From positions 327,031 to 380,665 of the forward strand of contig BLSG01000086.1 of the NCBI GenBank assembly GCA_012862495.1: a stretch of 53,635 nt of DNA, read 5' to 3'. The translations under genes were made by a program, and so were the position numbers. Positions 32,944 through 46,126 of this stretch are shown here, piece by piece (positions within the stretch are counted from its first letter, which is position 1; every line of letters begins with the position of its first letter). Under the pieces are notes generated by a model, which worked only from the letters and a program-made list of their open reading frames with translations, did no database searches and was not told the DNA's origin. Source of the stretch: Thraustochytrium aureum (taxonomy: Eukaryota).

Positions 32944-35900
32944 TCACGGGCTCTCGGGAAGCGGCATCTGCGGCAGCTGGTACGAGATGTCCGAAGTGTC
33001 GTGGCGGTACAAGCCCGCCTTGAGGCGGCGCTGGTCGTAGTAGTGACCCATGAAGCCCACGGACCGGCCCAGGACAAAGAGGCCGTTGAGCGTGCCATTC
33101 TCGATGACTTCATCGACCTCCTCGGCGGTGAAGGAGCCGCAGCTCCGCATGAGGTCCACAAAGCAGACCGCGATACAGCCGTCCACATTGAGGATCAGGT
33201 TGGCCTTCTTCTTGGTGGTGAGCTTCTCCACCTCCAGAGCGAAATCAAGAATCTCGGTGCTCTTGAAGTGCTTGATGGCGTACTCCTTGATGATGCTGAC
33301 GCGCATGTCCGGGTTGGTGATGCTCTTGACCTTGTGGCCGATCCCGTGAATGAGCTGGCGCGAAGTCCGCATTGACGAGACAAAATGCTCTGGCGAGTCG
33401 CCGCGGTCCACGGCATCGCGGAACGTGGTGGCGGCCTCGTCGAGGGCGCCGCCAAAGCGTGGGCCAATGGTCAGCAAGCCGCTGACGAGCGAGGAGATGA
33501 GGTCCTTGCCGGCGCGCGCGCACACGATAGTGTTGTGCGCCCCCGACACGGAGGGGCCGTNNNNNNNNNNNNNNNNNNNNNNNNNNNNNNNNNNNNNNNN
33601 NNNNNNNNNNNNNNNNNNNNNNNNNNNNNNNNNNNNNNNNNNNNNNNNNNNNNNNNNNNNNNNNNNNNNNNNNNNNNNNNNNNNNNNNNNNNNNNNNNNN
33701 NNNNNNNNNNNNNNNNNNNNNNNNNNNNNNNNNNNNNNNNNNNNNNNNNNNNNNNNNNNNNNNNNNNNNNNNNNNNNNNNNNNNNNNNNNNNNNNNNNNA
33801 GTGACCATGAGCACCATCTCAATAAACTTGGTGGCGTAAATCGGAAGGCGGCGCTTGAACCAGAGCAGGCTGAGCACGCCGCCGATGCCAATGTCCTCCT
33901 TGAACACCTGGCTGATAGGCATGCCCGAGTAGAGGAGCTCTTCGCCGCGGTCGTCGCAGATGGTCGTCACGAAGGAGGCAGGCTTGCGGATGAGCCCAAG
34001 AGACTTTGCCCAGTCAAAGTCCATCGGCACCTTGGGGACGGGAGGCTCGGGCTGCTCCGTGATCAGGCCCTGCGCCTTCATCTTGCGGTACACCGCGCCA
34101 AGCAGGTCGCCAAACTTGGCGAACGAGTTGGGCACAAAGGCGCCGGCCTTCTTCAGCGCAGTGTTCTTGGCCGCCGCGGTCTCGGCGAGCCCGTTCGCGA
34201 GCGCGCCCGCGTGGCCAAACTGCACCTCGGTGTTGAACGCAGAGCCGCAGACGCCGATGCACCACGCCACGACAGGCTTGGTGATGCGGCCCGAGGCGAT
34301 GGCCTCGATCACCTTGTACTCCTCGATGCCGCCGACCTCCCGAGCAGCACGAGGATCTTGACGTTCGGGTCGTCGTTGAAGCGGAGCAGGTGCCCAAGAA
34401 AGTTGCTGCCAGGGTAGCGGTCCCCGCCGATGGCGATCCCCTCGTAGACCCCGTTGGTGGTCTGCGAGATGATGTTGTTGAGCTCGTTGCTCATGCCTCC
34501 GCTACGCGAGACGTACGCCACGGAGCCTGGCCGGTACAGCTTGGAGGAGATCACGTTGGAGATCTTGCCGGCCGTGTTGCCAATGCGAAAGCAGCCCGGC
34601 TTGATTCCGCCCACAGTGGCGGGCCCGATCAGGGTCACGCCCTTGCGGTCTGCCTCGCGAATGAGGAGGCGCGCCTGCTGTTCCGGGATCCCCCTCGGCG
34701 ATGATGGCCACTACGCGCAGCTGTTCGCTGTGCTGGAGAGCCTCCATGGTAGCCGAGTAGGCCGAGCGAAAGCTGGCAAAGTTGACCATGATGTCGACGT
34801 CGGGGTTTTTCTTGAGCGCCTCATCGAGGTGGGTGAAGACGGGGATGAGCATCTCGTCCTTGCCAAAGTAGAACTTTTGCGAGTGGTTGCCCGAAAACGG
34901 GAACACCATGGCAGCCACCGAGGGGAGCTCGCGCTTGCAGAGAAAGTCAAAGTCGAGCATCTCCTGCACGGCGCGGTGCTGCAGGCCGTACACCACAGCC
35001 CGCGTCGTGTTTGAGAAGAGCGGCTTTGCGTGGTCGGCGGCAGGCTTGTTGTTGCTGCTGGGCGGGACGTACTCGGCGTACTTGATCTCGCCCAGGTCGG
35101 CGCCCGCGTCGACTGCGTCGGACGGCGCGTAGCCGAGCGCGCGCGGGACAACGCCGACAATGTTGTCGTCGGGCCCGTACACGTGCATCGGCACGCCGAT
35201 GCGCTTGCCCACGGCGCGCATCATCTCGAGGCCTTCCTCAAAGTTGGGGCCGCCGCGACGCACCCAGATCTCCACTTTGCCCTTGATGAGCTTGGGGGCG
35301 AACTCGGTGAGCGCGCGAACGATGCCCTTGAACGTCTTGGCCACGTCGGTGAAGTTGGCGATGCCGCCGCCAATGATGAGGACCTTGCCGCGGTCGTCCT
35401 CGGTGCGCGTCATGAGGTCCAGGAGGCTTCGGGCGTACTCGAAGGTCATCTCCTCGCTGGGGGCCCCAGAGTACTCGCCATAGTTTGCCAGCTCGTGGCC
35501 CGCGCCGTGGTCGCAGATTGTGTCCGCGTAGACCACAGAAGCGCCGCCGCCGGCAACCATGGTCACACGCGGCCCTTCGGGTTGAGCACGGTCAGCTTGA
35601 GCGAGGCCCCGGTCTTGCCGTCCAGTTCGTGGATGTACTGCTCGGCGGGCAGCAGCGGGCGCCCGAAGGGGGCGGAAATTCGAACTCGCCCCACTTGGAC
35701 TCGCACAGAAACGCGGCCGTTTCGTCGATCTTGGCCGCCAGGTCGAGCGGGATCACGCCTTCCTTGCAGACCACGATGGGGTTGATCTCCAGGTAGGCAA
35801 AGTGCAGCTCGCGGTACGTCTTGAGCAGGGCCACCACGAAGCCCGACACGCGCTCGCGCACGGCGTCGTCCTTGATGTTGAACAGCAGCTTGGCGCACAG

Positions 35901-36404
35901 GTCGGCCGCGGAAGGCGAGGCGGTGAGCTCGATCTGCAGCTTGACCGCCTTGGCGTCCACGTCGCCGACGTCCACGCCGCCTTCGTGGTGAAAGAGGATC
36001 TCCTCGCCCTCGCGCGTGTTGTGGATGCAAACGTAAAACTCTTCGTCTTGGGCGTGGGGCACGAACGGCTCGACGATAAAGGTGGTCAGCACGCCTGTGA
36101 CGTGCTCGACCAGGACTTGGCGGTTCATGCGGGCTTTGATCCACTCGATGGCGCCGTCCCAGGTCAGGTTGAGCCCGACAAGGCCAGCCTTGCCGCGGCG
36201 CTTGATCAGCTGGTCGGGCTTGACCACGAGTTTGTCAGTGAGGACCCAGGGGTTTTCCTTGACGAGGCGGTCCACCTCGTTGAGGCTTTCGGCGGTCACG
36301 CGAACAAACTTGTCCATGATGTGATGCTCGCCCGAGCTAAACTCGGGGATCCACCGGGCGAGCATGTGCTTGCCATCGTACTCGGACACGGCGCGGGACG
36401 CCAT
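32944..36404 (-). CDS. ACLY: ATP-citrate lyase, single fused polypeptide; four homopolymer frameshifts and one gap
   Basis: [123 protein letters not shown] (phospho-His), [23 protein letters not shown]. Confidence 0.97.
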
Positions 36405-36683
36405 GGTCTGCTTGCGAGGTCGCTCTTTTGAGAGTCTCTTGGGTCTTGGGGTTCTGCTGGTCTGGTGCTACAGTTTTGGGGCGGCGGCTATGGTTGGTGC
36501 CTGCTTCTGTTGGACTGCTGCTGCTTGCTACCTGCGTCGACGCGTCTTCGGGGGCCAACGCGCGCCGTGCGCTGCGTCGCGGCGACCGTCCCGCACAACA
36601 AGGCCGTTGTCCTTGCGAGTACTACCTACGTCTTCGACTTGAGACTGCCTCCGCTTTCGAACCTTGGGGATGCGAGCTCGCTT

Positions 36684-36722
36684 GGTTTGTTTGTTTGTTT
36701 GTTGGTTGGTTTGTTGTTTGTC
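36684..36722. repeat. (TTTG/TTGG)n microsatellite upstream of ATP-citrate lyase
   Basis: Visible in the sequence. Confidence 0.85.
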
Positions 36723-39185
36723 TCTTTCTTGTCACGTCTCCCTCGTTCGCAGCAACGCACAGAACCGTCACGTGCTGGGAAGAACGAGGCTGGGCCACAA
36801 GCGACCGGGCTCGCTCTGCCCCTCCCTCGTATCTCGCTTCTGCAGGAGCGGATGGATCACTACGCGCGCGGCCTCCGGGTATTGCGTATGCGGGCGATGT
36901 GGTTTCGGGTCTGCACTCGTCGAGCGCAATGCAGCCAATCCGCTTGCGTAGCACCTTGCTGGCTGGCCGGCCCGCCCTTCACAGTCCACAGCAACAAGGC
37001 GTGCAGCCCCTTCCCAGCAGAGCCGCGCTCTCTCCCTGGCAGTGGCGCTGGCAAGGCGGAGTCAGGAGAAAGAAAATGCACAAAGACTCCTTTGCGCGAA
37101 GAATGACTCGCGAGAGAGACCGAAAGCGCAGGGGAGCTGCATGCACGCTTGCACAAATCAACGCGACCACTCCCTCCGAACCGATGCGGAGCGGTGGGAA
37201 AGCGGGGGCATGAGGAGCAGCCTGTTGCGGTCTTGAGGCTCGACTTGCAAGCGCCACGGAGGAGGCCGAGGCCGGTTTTGGGGCCGCCGCGCCTTGCGTT
37301 GGTTGATCGCAAAGCAAAAGAAATCCTGCCGGACCCTCTATTTTACTTCCCACAAGAGGCAGCTGATTTGTGCCGTTCCGGATTCTGCGCAGAGGGAAGG
37401 CGGCGAGGAGGACGCGGAAAGAGATCCATCCATCCAGCCCATCCAACTCGCGTCCAGCTAGCTACTCGCGTCCAGCTGCTACTCGCGCAGCGCAGGACGG
37501 ATGATTCTCATCAACGACGTCGAATCAACGGGACGAAACAGCAACGACTCGGGAGTTCAGATTCTTCGGGGCAGCGTGATGGCCGCTGCCCAGCCAACGC
37601 TGCCGTGCGTGCCTGCGGCCGCGGATCTCGCTGCTGGCCTGACTCGGACGCAGGCCCAGACGCGGCCAACGGACGACANNNNNNNNNNNNNNNNNNNNNN
37701 NNNNNNNNNNNNNNNNNNNNNNNNNNNNNNNNNNNNNNNNNNNNNNNNNNNNNNNNNNNNNNNNNNNNNNNNNNNNNNNNNNNNNNNNNNNNNNNNNNNN
37801 NNNNNNNNNNNNNNNNNNNNNNNNNNNNNNNNNNNNNNNNNNNNNNNNNNNNNNNNNNNNNNNNNNNNNNNNNNNNNNNNNNNNNNNNNNNNNNNNNNNN
37901 NNNNNNNNNNNNNNNNNNNNNNNNNNNNNNNNNNNNNNNNNNNNNNNNNNNNNNNNNNNNNNNNNNNNNNNNNNNNNNNNNNNNNNNNNNNNNNNNNNNN
38001 NNNNNNNNNNNNNNNNNNNNNNNNNNNNNNNNNNNNNNNNNNNNNNNNNNNNNNNNNNNNNNNNNNNNNNNNNNNNNNNNNNNNNNNNNNNNNNNNNNNN
38101 NNNNNNNNNNNNNNNNNNNNNNNNNNNNNNNNNNNNNNNNNNNNNNNNNNNNNNNNNNNNNNNNNNNNNNNNNNNNNNNNNNNNNNNNNNNNNNNNNNNN
38201 NNNNNNNNNNNNNNNNNNNNNNNNNNNNNNNNNNNNNNNNNNNNNNNNNNNNNNNNNNNNNNNNNNNNNNNNNNNNNNNNNNNNNNNNNNNNNNNNNNNN
38301 NNNNNNNNNNNNNNNNNNNNNNNNNNNNNNNNNNNNNNNNNNNNNNNNNNNNNNNNNNNNNNNNNNNNNNNNNNNNNNNNNNNNNNNNNNNNNNNNNNNN
38401 NNNNNNNNNNNNNNNNNNNNNNNNNNNNNNNNNNNNNNNNNNNNNNNNNNNNNNNNNNNNNNNNNNNNNNNNNNNNNNNNNNNNNNNNNNNNNNNNNNNN
38501 NNNNNNNNNNNNNNNNNNNNNNNNNNNNNNNNNNNNNNNNNNNNNNNNNNNNNNNNNNNNNNNNNNNNNNNNNNNNNNNNNNNNNNNNNNNNNNNNNNNN
38601 NNNNNNNNNGCACGCAATCACCATCATTCACCACTTGCGCCATGTCGATCGGGTCCCAGGAAGCCTCGCCCAGCGGCGCGCCGCAGCGCCGCAAGAGCCT
38701 TGCGCGAGAGACATCGGCGGCGCTCGGCGTGGATGGCCGGCGCGAAGCGAGCCGCGCTGACCGTCCCACGAGGGCGGCGCGGCTCTGTGGTTTCACGACG
38801 CCATTGCCGTTTGATCGTGCTTGACTGAGCGATTGAATGAAGGTGGAGGAGACAGCCGAGGACGAGCAGAACCCTTTCGAAGGGCGGCGGCGCTGCAGCG
38901 GCGCGGGAGTGGCGCGGGAGCGGCGGCGGCGCGGGCGGCGGAGGCTAGTTGCTGCATCGGACAGCGCGCTCGCTGGCGCGCGAGGGTGCCCTTGCCGCGT
39001 TTTGCGATCCGGGCCGCGGGCGTGCGCTTTTTCCTGCCGTGGGACGCGACGCGCGGAGGCGACAGCGGTCGCGCGGAGGCGACAGCGGTAGCGAGGGCTT
39101 GCGCTGCGACGCTGCGCGTCGGCCGCGCTGCTGAGGACGCGGGCGGGAGGCGCTGGAACGGGGCGTGACGAGAAGGGCGCCCGCC

Positions 39186-42135
39186 ATGGCTGCGACGAGG
39201 AGCACCAGCGCGAGCAAGCTGCGGCAGCTCGCGCAGCAGATCGATATGGACGAGCAGCGGCAGGCGCGCCGAATCGAAACCCTGAATCGGGAGATTCGCA
39301 CCTTGCGCGAGGAAAAGGACGACGTCGAGGAGCGACTGGCAGAGGCCGGGGACGAAAAAAAGGTCCAAGACGAGCTGATCAGCGCGCTCCGGACCCAGCT
39401 CGACGAGGCCAAGGCGCGGGCGAAAGAGGTGGAGGAGCGCTTCGCGCACGAGATTATAGGGCTGCGATTCGAGCTCGCTGAAACTTGCCAAGCGCTTCGA
39501 AAGTCGAACCACAAAGAGGCAATCTCGCGCGAGCTCCGAGGGGAAAGCGAGCCAGGTGATCGCGATGGGACGAGCAGCGCCGCGCGCGACGGCCCGAGCT
39601 TGACGGGGGCAGGGCTGTCCCTCTTCTCCGCAGAATCGCTGATCCACGGCGCAGACCCGGACCTTATGCTCCCTGGCGCGTTCGTGGACGCGGCCAGGCG
39701 CGGCCTGAGCGGGGTGGTTCGCAGCGTGCTCAAGCCGGAGGCCAACCAGAACGCAAAGAACGCCTGCGCGACACGCTCGGGCAGGCCCTGCTCGAGCTAT
39801 GCGCTCAGGGCACCGCGGCGCTCGATACCATCAAGATGTTGCTCGAGTACGGCGCGGACCCCAGCGTGGCCAAGCCCGCCGCCGAGGGTGGCCGCACAGC
39901 GCTCCACGTGGCTGCCGCCAAAGGCAGCAAGGAGCTTGTCGACATGCTTCTTGGTTGCGCGAGCGTCGAGATCGATCGTGTGGACGCGCGTGGGAGAACC
40001 GCTCTGCACCTCTCGGCCCGGCTCCGAAAAGCCGAGGCGAGCAAGGCACTGCTGATGAAGGGCGCAGACCAGAGCATCCCGACGCCCGAGGGCCATACGG
40101 CGCGCGACCTCGCCCTCAACAGCGACGGCGCGGGATCCTTTTCTCTCTCGTTCGCGCCGATGAACATCAAACAGGTGTTCGAGAGCCCGTCGGTCCGGTT
40201 TTGGAACAGCTCGGCGCTCGCGTTGCGCCGGTACCGCGAGGAGCGATGGACGGATGCCATGGACGCCTTCACGAGCGCCGTGGATCTGGCCAAGGCAAAC
40301 CCGCGCGTTGCCGGCAAGAACAACTTGGCGCGACTGTACTACAATCGCGCGAGGCTCTCGGTCAAGCTGGGCGAAATTCTCCAAGCGCTTGAGGATTGCA
40401 ACGAGGCGCTCAACTTGGACGAGGCGTACACTAACGCCCTTGAGATCCGAGCCGACTGCCACTGGTCCTTGTTCGATTTCGAGAGGGCCGCTGCGGACTT
40501 TGACACGCTGCGCGACCAGGCCACCGACCCGGCCAAGAGGGCGGAGTGGAGCAAGCGGCACGCCGAGTCGCGCCGATGCAGTGAGGCCTCGCATTACCAG
40601 GTCCTCGGCTTGGCCAAGCGCGCCACCGCGGCGGAGATCAAGCGCGCCTTCCGCGCAGAGTCGATCAAGTGGCACCCGGACAAGCACGCGCGATCCCACG
40701 AGGACGCCCACCGCGCTCGCAAGCAGTTTCAGCGAATCAACGAGGCGCGCGAGGTCCTGCTCAACGCAAACCAACGTATCGTTTACGACGCGGGGCAAGG
40801 CTTCGGGAGCAACAGGTCGTACTTTTTCGACGACGACCTCTACGACCTCTCTGACGACGAGGAGGACGACCGAGGCGCGGGGCGTGCCGCTCGGGGGGCT
40901 GCTCGTGCGAGCGCCTTTCCGTGGAACGACAAGGTGCTCTCCACGCCGCTCCACGAAGCGAAACACTCGTACAAGGAGCGCCAGCTCGAAAAGGAGAAAG
41001 CTGTCGCTGCCGCCTCAGCAGCAGCAGCAGCAACAGAAGCCGCCGAGGCGCAAGCCGCCAGGTCTGCAACCGCAGCGGCTGCTAGTCGAATGTCGTCGGA
41101 GCGCGCCCCGGAGCACCAAAAGCCTGGTGGCCTCAACGCGAAGCCCGAGTTTGGCGCCGCAACTGAAACTGCGGCAGCCGCCCCACCTGCCCCGCCCGCG
41201 TTTACGTCGACGTCGGCGTCGACGTCGGCGTCGGCGCCGGCCACTGCGCCGATGACTGGCAGAGNNNNNNNNNNNNNNNNNNNNNNNNNNNNNNNNNNNN
41301 NNNNNNNNNNNNNNNNNNNNNNNNNNNNNNNNNNNNNNNNNNNNNNNNNNNNNNNNNNNNNNNNNNNNNNNNNNNNNNNNNNNNNNNNNNNNNNNNNNNN
41401 NNNNNNNNNNNNNNNNNNNNNNNNNNNNNNNNNNNNNNNNNNNNNNNNNNNNNNNNNNNNNNNNNNNNNNNNNNNNNNNNNNNNNNNNNNNNNNNNNNNN
41501 NNNNNNNNNNNNNNNNNNNNNNNNNNNNNNNNNNNNNNNNNNNNNNNNNGGGACGGCGTCGATGCTTCGATCCCTCGAGGCATACAAGGAGGCCATCTTG
41601 CGCAACGAAGCGATGGCTTTCAGCGAGGAGGACCCGTGGGGAGCGAGCTTTGAGGCCCTCCTTGGGGGACCTAGGGAAGCGCTACGGATTTCCACGCGTG
41701 GACGGCAGCGAGGACGAGGAGGACTCGAGCACGAACGAGGTGGAAGGCGGCGAGCAAGAAAGCGACTCTGAGGGTAACCTCCAAGACGAAACGGAGTACG
41801 CGCATCACTTTGCTCGCAAGTTCGGGTTTGGGGTGCACTTGACTCAGCCCCGGGGCGAAAAAAGTGCAACGTCTGCCGCTGGTGATATGGCGGGCGCGAG
41901 CGCCTCGTCGTCAGCGTCGTCTACGACCCCCTCATCCTCGTTGGACGGGGACGATCTGGAGCGTCGAACAACTGCAGACTCGCCCACTCCACCTCCCGCG
42001 GTGCCGGGAGCAAAGGCTGTCCCTCTCGCCGGTGAAGAGCACTTTTCGCCAGGCGCGTTCTCGGCAAAGCCAACAACGCCAAAGTCTGGCGGCCGGAGCC
42101 GCCGAGCGCGCAACCGCAAGCGCGGCACGCACTGA
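39186..42135 (+). CDS. Coiled-coil + ankyrin + TPR + DnaJ-domain co-chaperone; frameshifts near 39800 and 41670, one gap
   Basis: Ankyrin repeats (MLLEYGADPS, GRTALHVAA, GRTALHLSA, GHTARDLA), TPR-like segments (ARLYYNRA...ALEDCNEALNLD), J-domain HYQVLGL...EIKRAFR...KWHPDKH...FQRINEAREVL, and an acidic/low-complexity tail. Confidence 0.85.
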
Positions 42136-44049
42136 CGCCCAGCCCGAGCCCACCGCTACTCCCGGGCCGCTGCTTGCTTGCCGTGTCGCTCTGCGCGGTG
42201 GAATTCCCCGAGCTGAGACTGCAGTAAATGTTTCAATTGTTTGAAGACGCGTGTTTATTGTCGCCGCAGCGGCCTTCTCCCGGTTTGCCTGCCAGCTCCT
42301 AGGTACTTCGGTAGTACCTGCGCTGCGCTGCGAGTGGCTGCGTTCTTGAAACCCAGCTCGACGCCGCAAGGCCTTGCGCCTGCTCTTGAGCAAGGTCGCC
42401 ACCTCCTCGCTGCCGCAACATCCGAGGGTGTCACATCACAAGAAACGGACGCCGCGTCGCCGACCGCGGTCGCCGGACCCTCGTAGGGCTGCTTGGCGCG
42501 CGCTTCAAAGGCAGCAGAGCGGCGAGCGGCACTCGCTCGTGCAGCGGCCGGGACGCCGTTCGCAGTATTGCGAGGGCTGCGGCAGCTCCACATCACCCCC
42601 GCGCGCGAGGTGTACTTGGTTGGTAGTCGTTCAAAGAATCTCGTCGATCAAGGAATCGCTCGTCGCCTCCGACAAGCGTGATGCGCCGAGCGCACTCCCT
42701 CGACCGCACACCCTGCGGCCAGCGCCTCCGCGGCAACTTGTGCAAGCCTTGCGTGCTTGAGCCGGCGGGCCTCGCGCGCGATACGATCCGATACATGAGG
42801 GCCTCCAACACCCAGGCGCTCGCTAACACTCCTGCAAACCAGCTAGCGATTCTGCTATGCACCGACGTGCCGAGAGGCGGGCGCGTCAAGCGTCAGAAGC
42901 AGAGGCTCAATAGGGTCTTCGCTGCCCACGCAAGACGCGGCGGTGTCCGTGCCAGGCAGGCACGACATTGCAGGCTCGCTGCCCGCCATCGTCCATTCCT
43001 TCCATCGGCCGACAAAACTGTGCAATCGGCAAAACTGCACAATGAAAAAAGAACAAGAGAAGGGTGCCCTGCTTGCTCTTGCCTGAGCAGCGCACAAGGC
43101 GGCGCACGAAGGCTGATCCATGAAAGCGACTCCCTCGGTGGAAGCAGCGCAGAGCCGAATCTTGAGCCCGCGCTGGCGTTGTTAGCAACCGTTTTCGGCG
43201 CCGGCGCCACTGGGATAAAGCAGGCGATCTGGAGGGGGCAAGCACGGCCGTGGGATGATCTTCCAGACGCCAAGGGCCCTGGCAGCGCGCTGGCTGGGCC
43301 GGCCTCGGCAATCGGATTCGGAGCTCGGTGGAGCCTCCAGCGACTTACTCGGCCAGCTGTAGAGCAGAACAGCTCCAGAGAGCGGCAGGCGGTGGGTGGG
43401 AAAGGAGAAAACAGGCTAGGAAATACATTTGCTCATGTTGCTCTTNNNNNNNNNNNNNNNNNNNNNNNNNNNNNNNNNNNNNNNNNNNNNNNNNNNNNNN
43501 NNNNNNNNNNNNNNNNNNNNNNNNNNNNNNNNNNNNNNNNNNNNNNNNNNNNNNNNNNNNNNNNNNNNNNNNNNNNNNNNNNNNNNNNNNNNNNNNNNNN
43601 NNNNNNNNNNNNNNNNNNNNNNNNNNNNNNNNNNNNNNNNNNNNNNNNNNNNNNNNNNNNNNNNNNNNNNNNNNNNNNNNNNNNNNNNNNNNNNNNNNNN
43701 NNNNNNNNNNNNNNNNNNNNNNNNNNNNNNNNNNNNNNNNNNNNNNNNNNNNNNNNNNNNNNNNNNNNNNNNNNNNNNNNNNNNNNNNNNNNNNNNNNNN
43801 NNNNNNNNNNNNNNNNNNNNNNNNNNNNNNNNNNNNNNNNNNNNNNNNNNNNNNNNNNNNNNNNNNNNNNNNNNNNNNNNNNNNNNNNNNNNNNNNNNNN
43901 NNNNNNNNNNNNNNNNNNNNNNNNNNNNNNNNNNNNNNNNNNNNNNNNNNNNNNNNNNNNNNNNNNNNNNNNNNNNNNNNNNNNNNNNNNNNNNNNNNNN
44001 NNNNNNNNNNNNNNNNNNNNNNNNNNNNNNNNNNNNNNNNNNNNNNNNN

Positions 44050-44699
44050 CAGTGGCCGCAACGAGTCCCGTGAAGCAAGTGGCAGGCTCAATCGCCCACA
44101 CTGCGCGAGAGTCGGAGCCGCCCGTGCTCAGTGCTGTAGGCCCTGGCTCCGTCAACCAAGCCGTCAAAGCGGTGGCCATCGCGCGTTCCTACCTCGAGGC
44201 CGAAGGCATCGACCTTGTGGTGGAAGTAATGCGCGACGAGTCAGGCGGGGAAATCAAGGACCTCATCTTGTTCAACCTGAAAAAGGTCATAGTGCGGCCC
44301 CACCCCAAAGGCGTTGAATACCAGAACCTCAAGTCGGCTGGCAAGTCTGGAACCAGCCAGCTCGCTGGCGCTATCGCCAAGAACCTGCGCGAGAACAAGC
44401 GCATCAAGATCACCGCCGTCGGCCAGAACCCCGTTTTCCGCGCCGTGGACGCCATCGTCTTTGCGCGAAAGTATCTCAATGTAAGTCTAGCTCTGGTTCG
44501 CCTCGCTCGCCGCGCTCGCCCCGGCCCTGCCCTGCCCGACCCGCTTCGCTGACTGGTTTGGTTTTCGATCCCAACGTTGCGAACGTCTCAGGACGATGGC
44601 ATCGACCTTGACTTCCAGCCCGAGTTCACTCACGTCACATTTGCCAACGGAACAGAGGCAAACGCCATACAGCTCATCATCCTGTCGCACCAGGTTTGA
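44050..44699 (+). CDS. Tandem SpoVS-domain protein, 5'-partial (gap); exons <44050-44480 and 44592-44699
   Basis: VAATSPVKQVAGSIA...SAVGPGSVNQAVKAVAIARSYLEAEGIDL and KSAGKSGTSQLAGAIAKNL...TAVGQNPVFRAVDAIVFARKYLN. Removing the phase-0 intron adds DDGIDLDFQPEFTHVTFANGTEANAIQLIILSHQV*, which completes the second SpoVS domain. Confidence 0.88.
44481..44591 (+). other. 111-nt spliceosomal intron in the SpoVS-like gene
   Basis: GTAAGT donor, GCTGAC branch motif (44548-44553), CAG acceptor; removal restores the domain in frame. Confidence 0.9.
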
Positions 44700-46126
44700 T
44701 GCGACCGGGCTGCGTCATGTCCCCCACGCCAACTCAGGGGTTTTCCTCGCGACGGCTCCGCAGCAACCCCACGTACTCCCCCTCCCTCTGCCCAGACTCC
44801 CTCTTCCTCCAGCCCCTCCCGACAAAGCCTCTTCCCGCACGCCGACATCCTCTCTGCTCCAACTCGCTCCGTTATCCTGGTGCTCCAATTGTGATCACCC
44901 AACCTTCCTGAACCTCGACAATTTGGACTCTGTCCAAGCCCTGACACCCGACCTTTTTCGACAACTACCACGGCAACATCTGCTCTGCCTCATCTGCTTC
45001 ATTACATGTACACCCTTCACCTCATCCTGGCGCCGCGCTCTTCGGATCTCGGTGCGGTCGGGACCTTTTCCACCTTCAACTCAACTTTTTCTCCTCGGCA
45101 CGCAGGCTGCAGCACTCGTTGAAAGGCGGGTGCTGTCTTGTCCAGCTGCCGTCGCGGGCCGCACATCCAATGCACAACAACCAACAACCAAGCGACTGGC
45201 TACGCGCCACCTTTCGAGTTGCGGCCGCCCACGTGGGCGAGGCGAGCGAGCGAGCGAGGGCAGATCGTGCACGGCTTCGTCGCAGCGCCAAGCGCTGTAC
45301 TCTGTGCTGTCCATCGCTCGCCGCTCGTGCCATCTCCGCTGACCGCATCCTTCGTTCTCCAGCCGCCAGACTCCTCGCCACCTCGCCGCACGAACCATCA
45401 TGACAACCCTTGGTTTCGGCGATGCGCCTCACATTTGGTGTTGTTGGCCCACGACACAATTTTCAACCCAACAATCGGCTGCGCCTCGCGTGCCCGGCCA
45501 GCGGCCTGCGCGCGAGAGAGATTTGCTCGACCGAGTCGTCAGCCCCTCTTCTCCGCCCTGCTCTACCATGAACCAACGGATGGCGCTCCGCAGCCCATTG
45601 CGGCGCGCTCGCCGTTCTCTTAAACCTCAACCTGCACCATGACCTTCACCTCCAGCCTACTTGCATGTTCTGTGGACTGCGTTCCGGCGCGTTTGCCTTG
45701 TTTTGCTGGGCCACGTCAGGCCGTTTCATGTGTCCCATTCCTCCGCGCATGCACCGGCCTTCGACACCGGGTACACAGCCGCAGCGCATTCGCACGCCGG
45801 CCTTTCCCGTCCTTGCCCCCTCCCCCGCAACCACTTGGCTGCCTGAACACTTCACTTCCTGCTTCCGGCGACCGTGTGGGCCTGAGTGGGAGGGAGCCCA
45901 TCCAGGCAACGCGTTGTACATCGAGGAATCGCCCCGATCAAGACTTGGGCGAGCCACTTCCCCCAAGCAAGCCGCTTCAATCTCTTGAAAGTTAGCCACC
46001 GCCGCGGCGCGAGTCAGAGCTGCTTGCGGCGGCGCCGAGGAGAACACCGCGGCAGTCGGTACCTCGGCAGCAAAGCAGGCGGGACAGTCGCACGACAACG
46101 GATTTTGGCTTTTCGCTCCTTTGTTC

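Noticed and set aside
32944..36404. Pervasive frameshifts as programmed frameshifting, RNA editing or pseudogenisation
   Set aside because: All four ACL shifts are single-base gains or losses in G/C runs (about 35670 CCCCC, 35564 TG for TGG, 34692 extra G, 34340 missing G) with conserved protein on both sides. The same pattern appears in the GH5, phytochrome, Dpy-30 and CDV3-like genes. Homopolymer sequencing error is the simplest explanation.
37149..38828. Long ORFs spanning N-gaps (also 21456-22633 and 42678-44050)
   Set aside because: Their length comes from runs of N translated as X.
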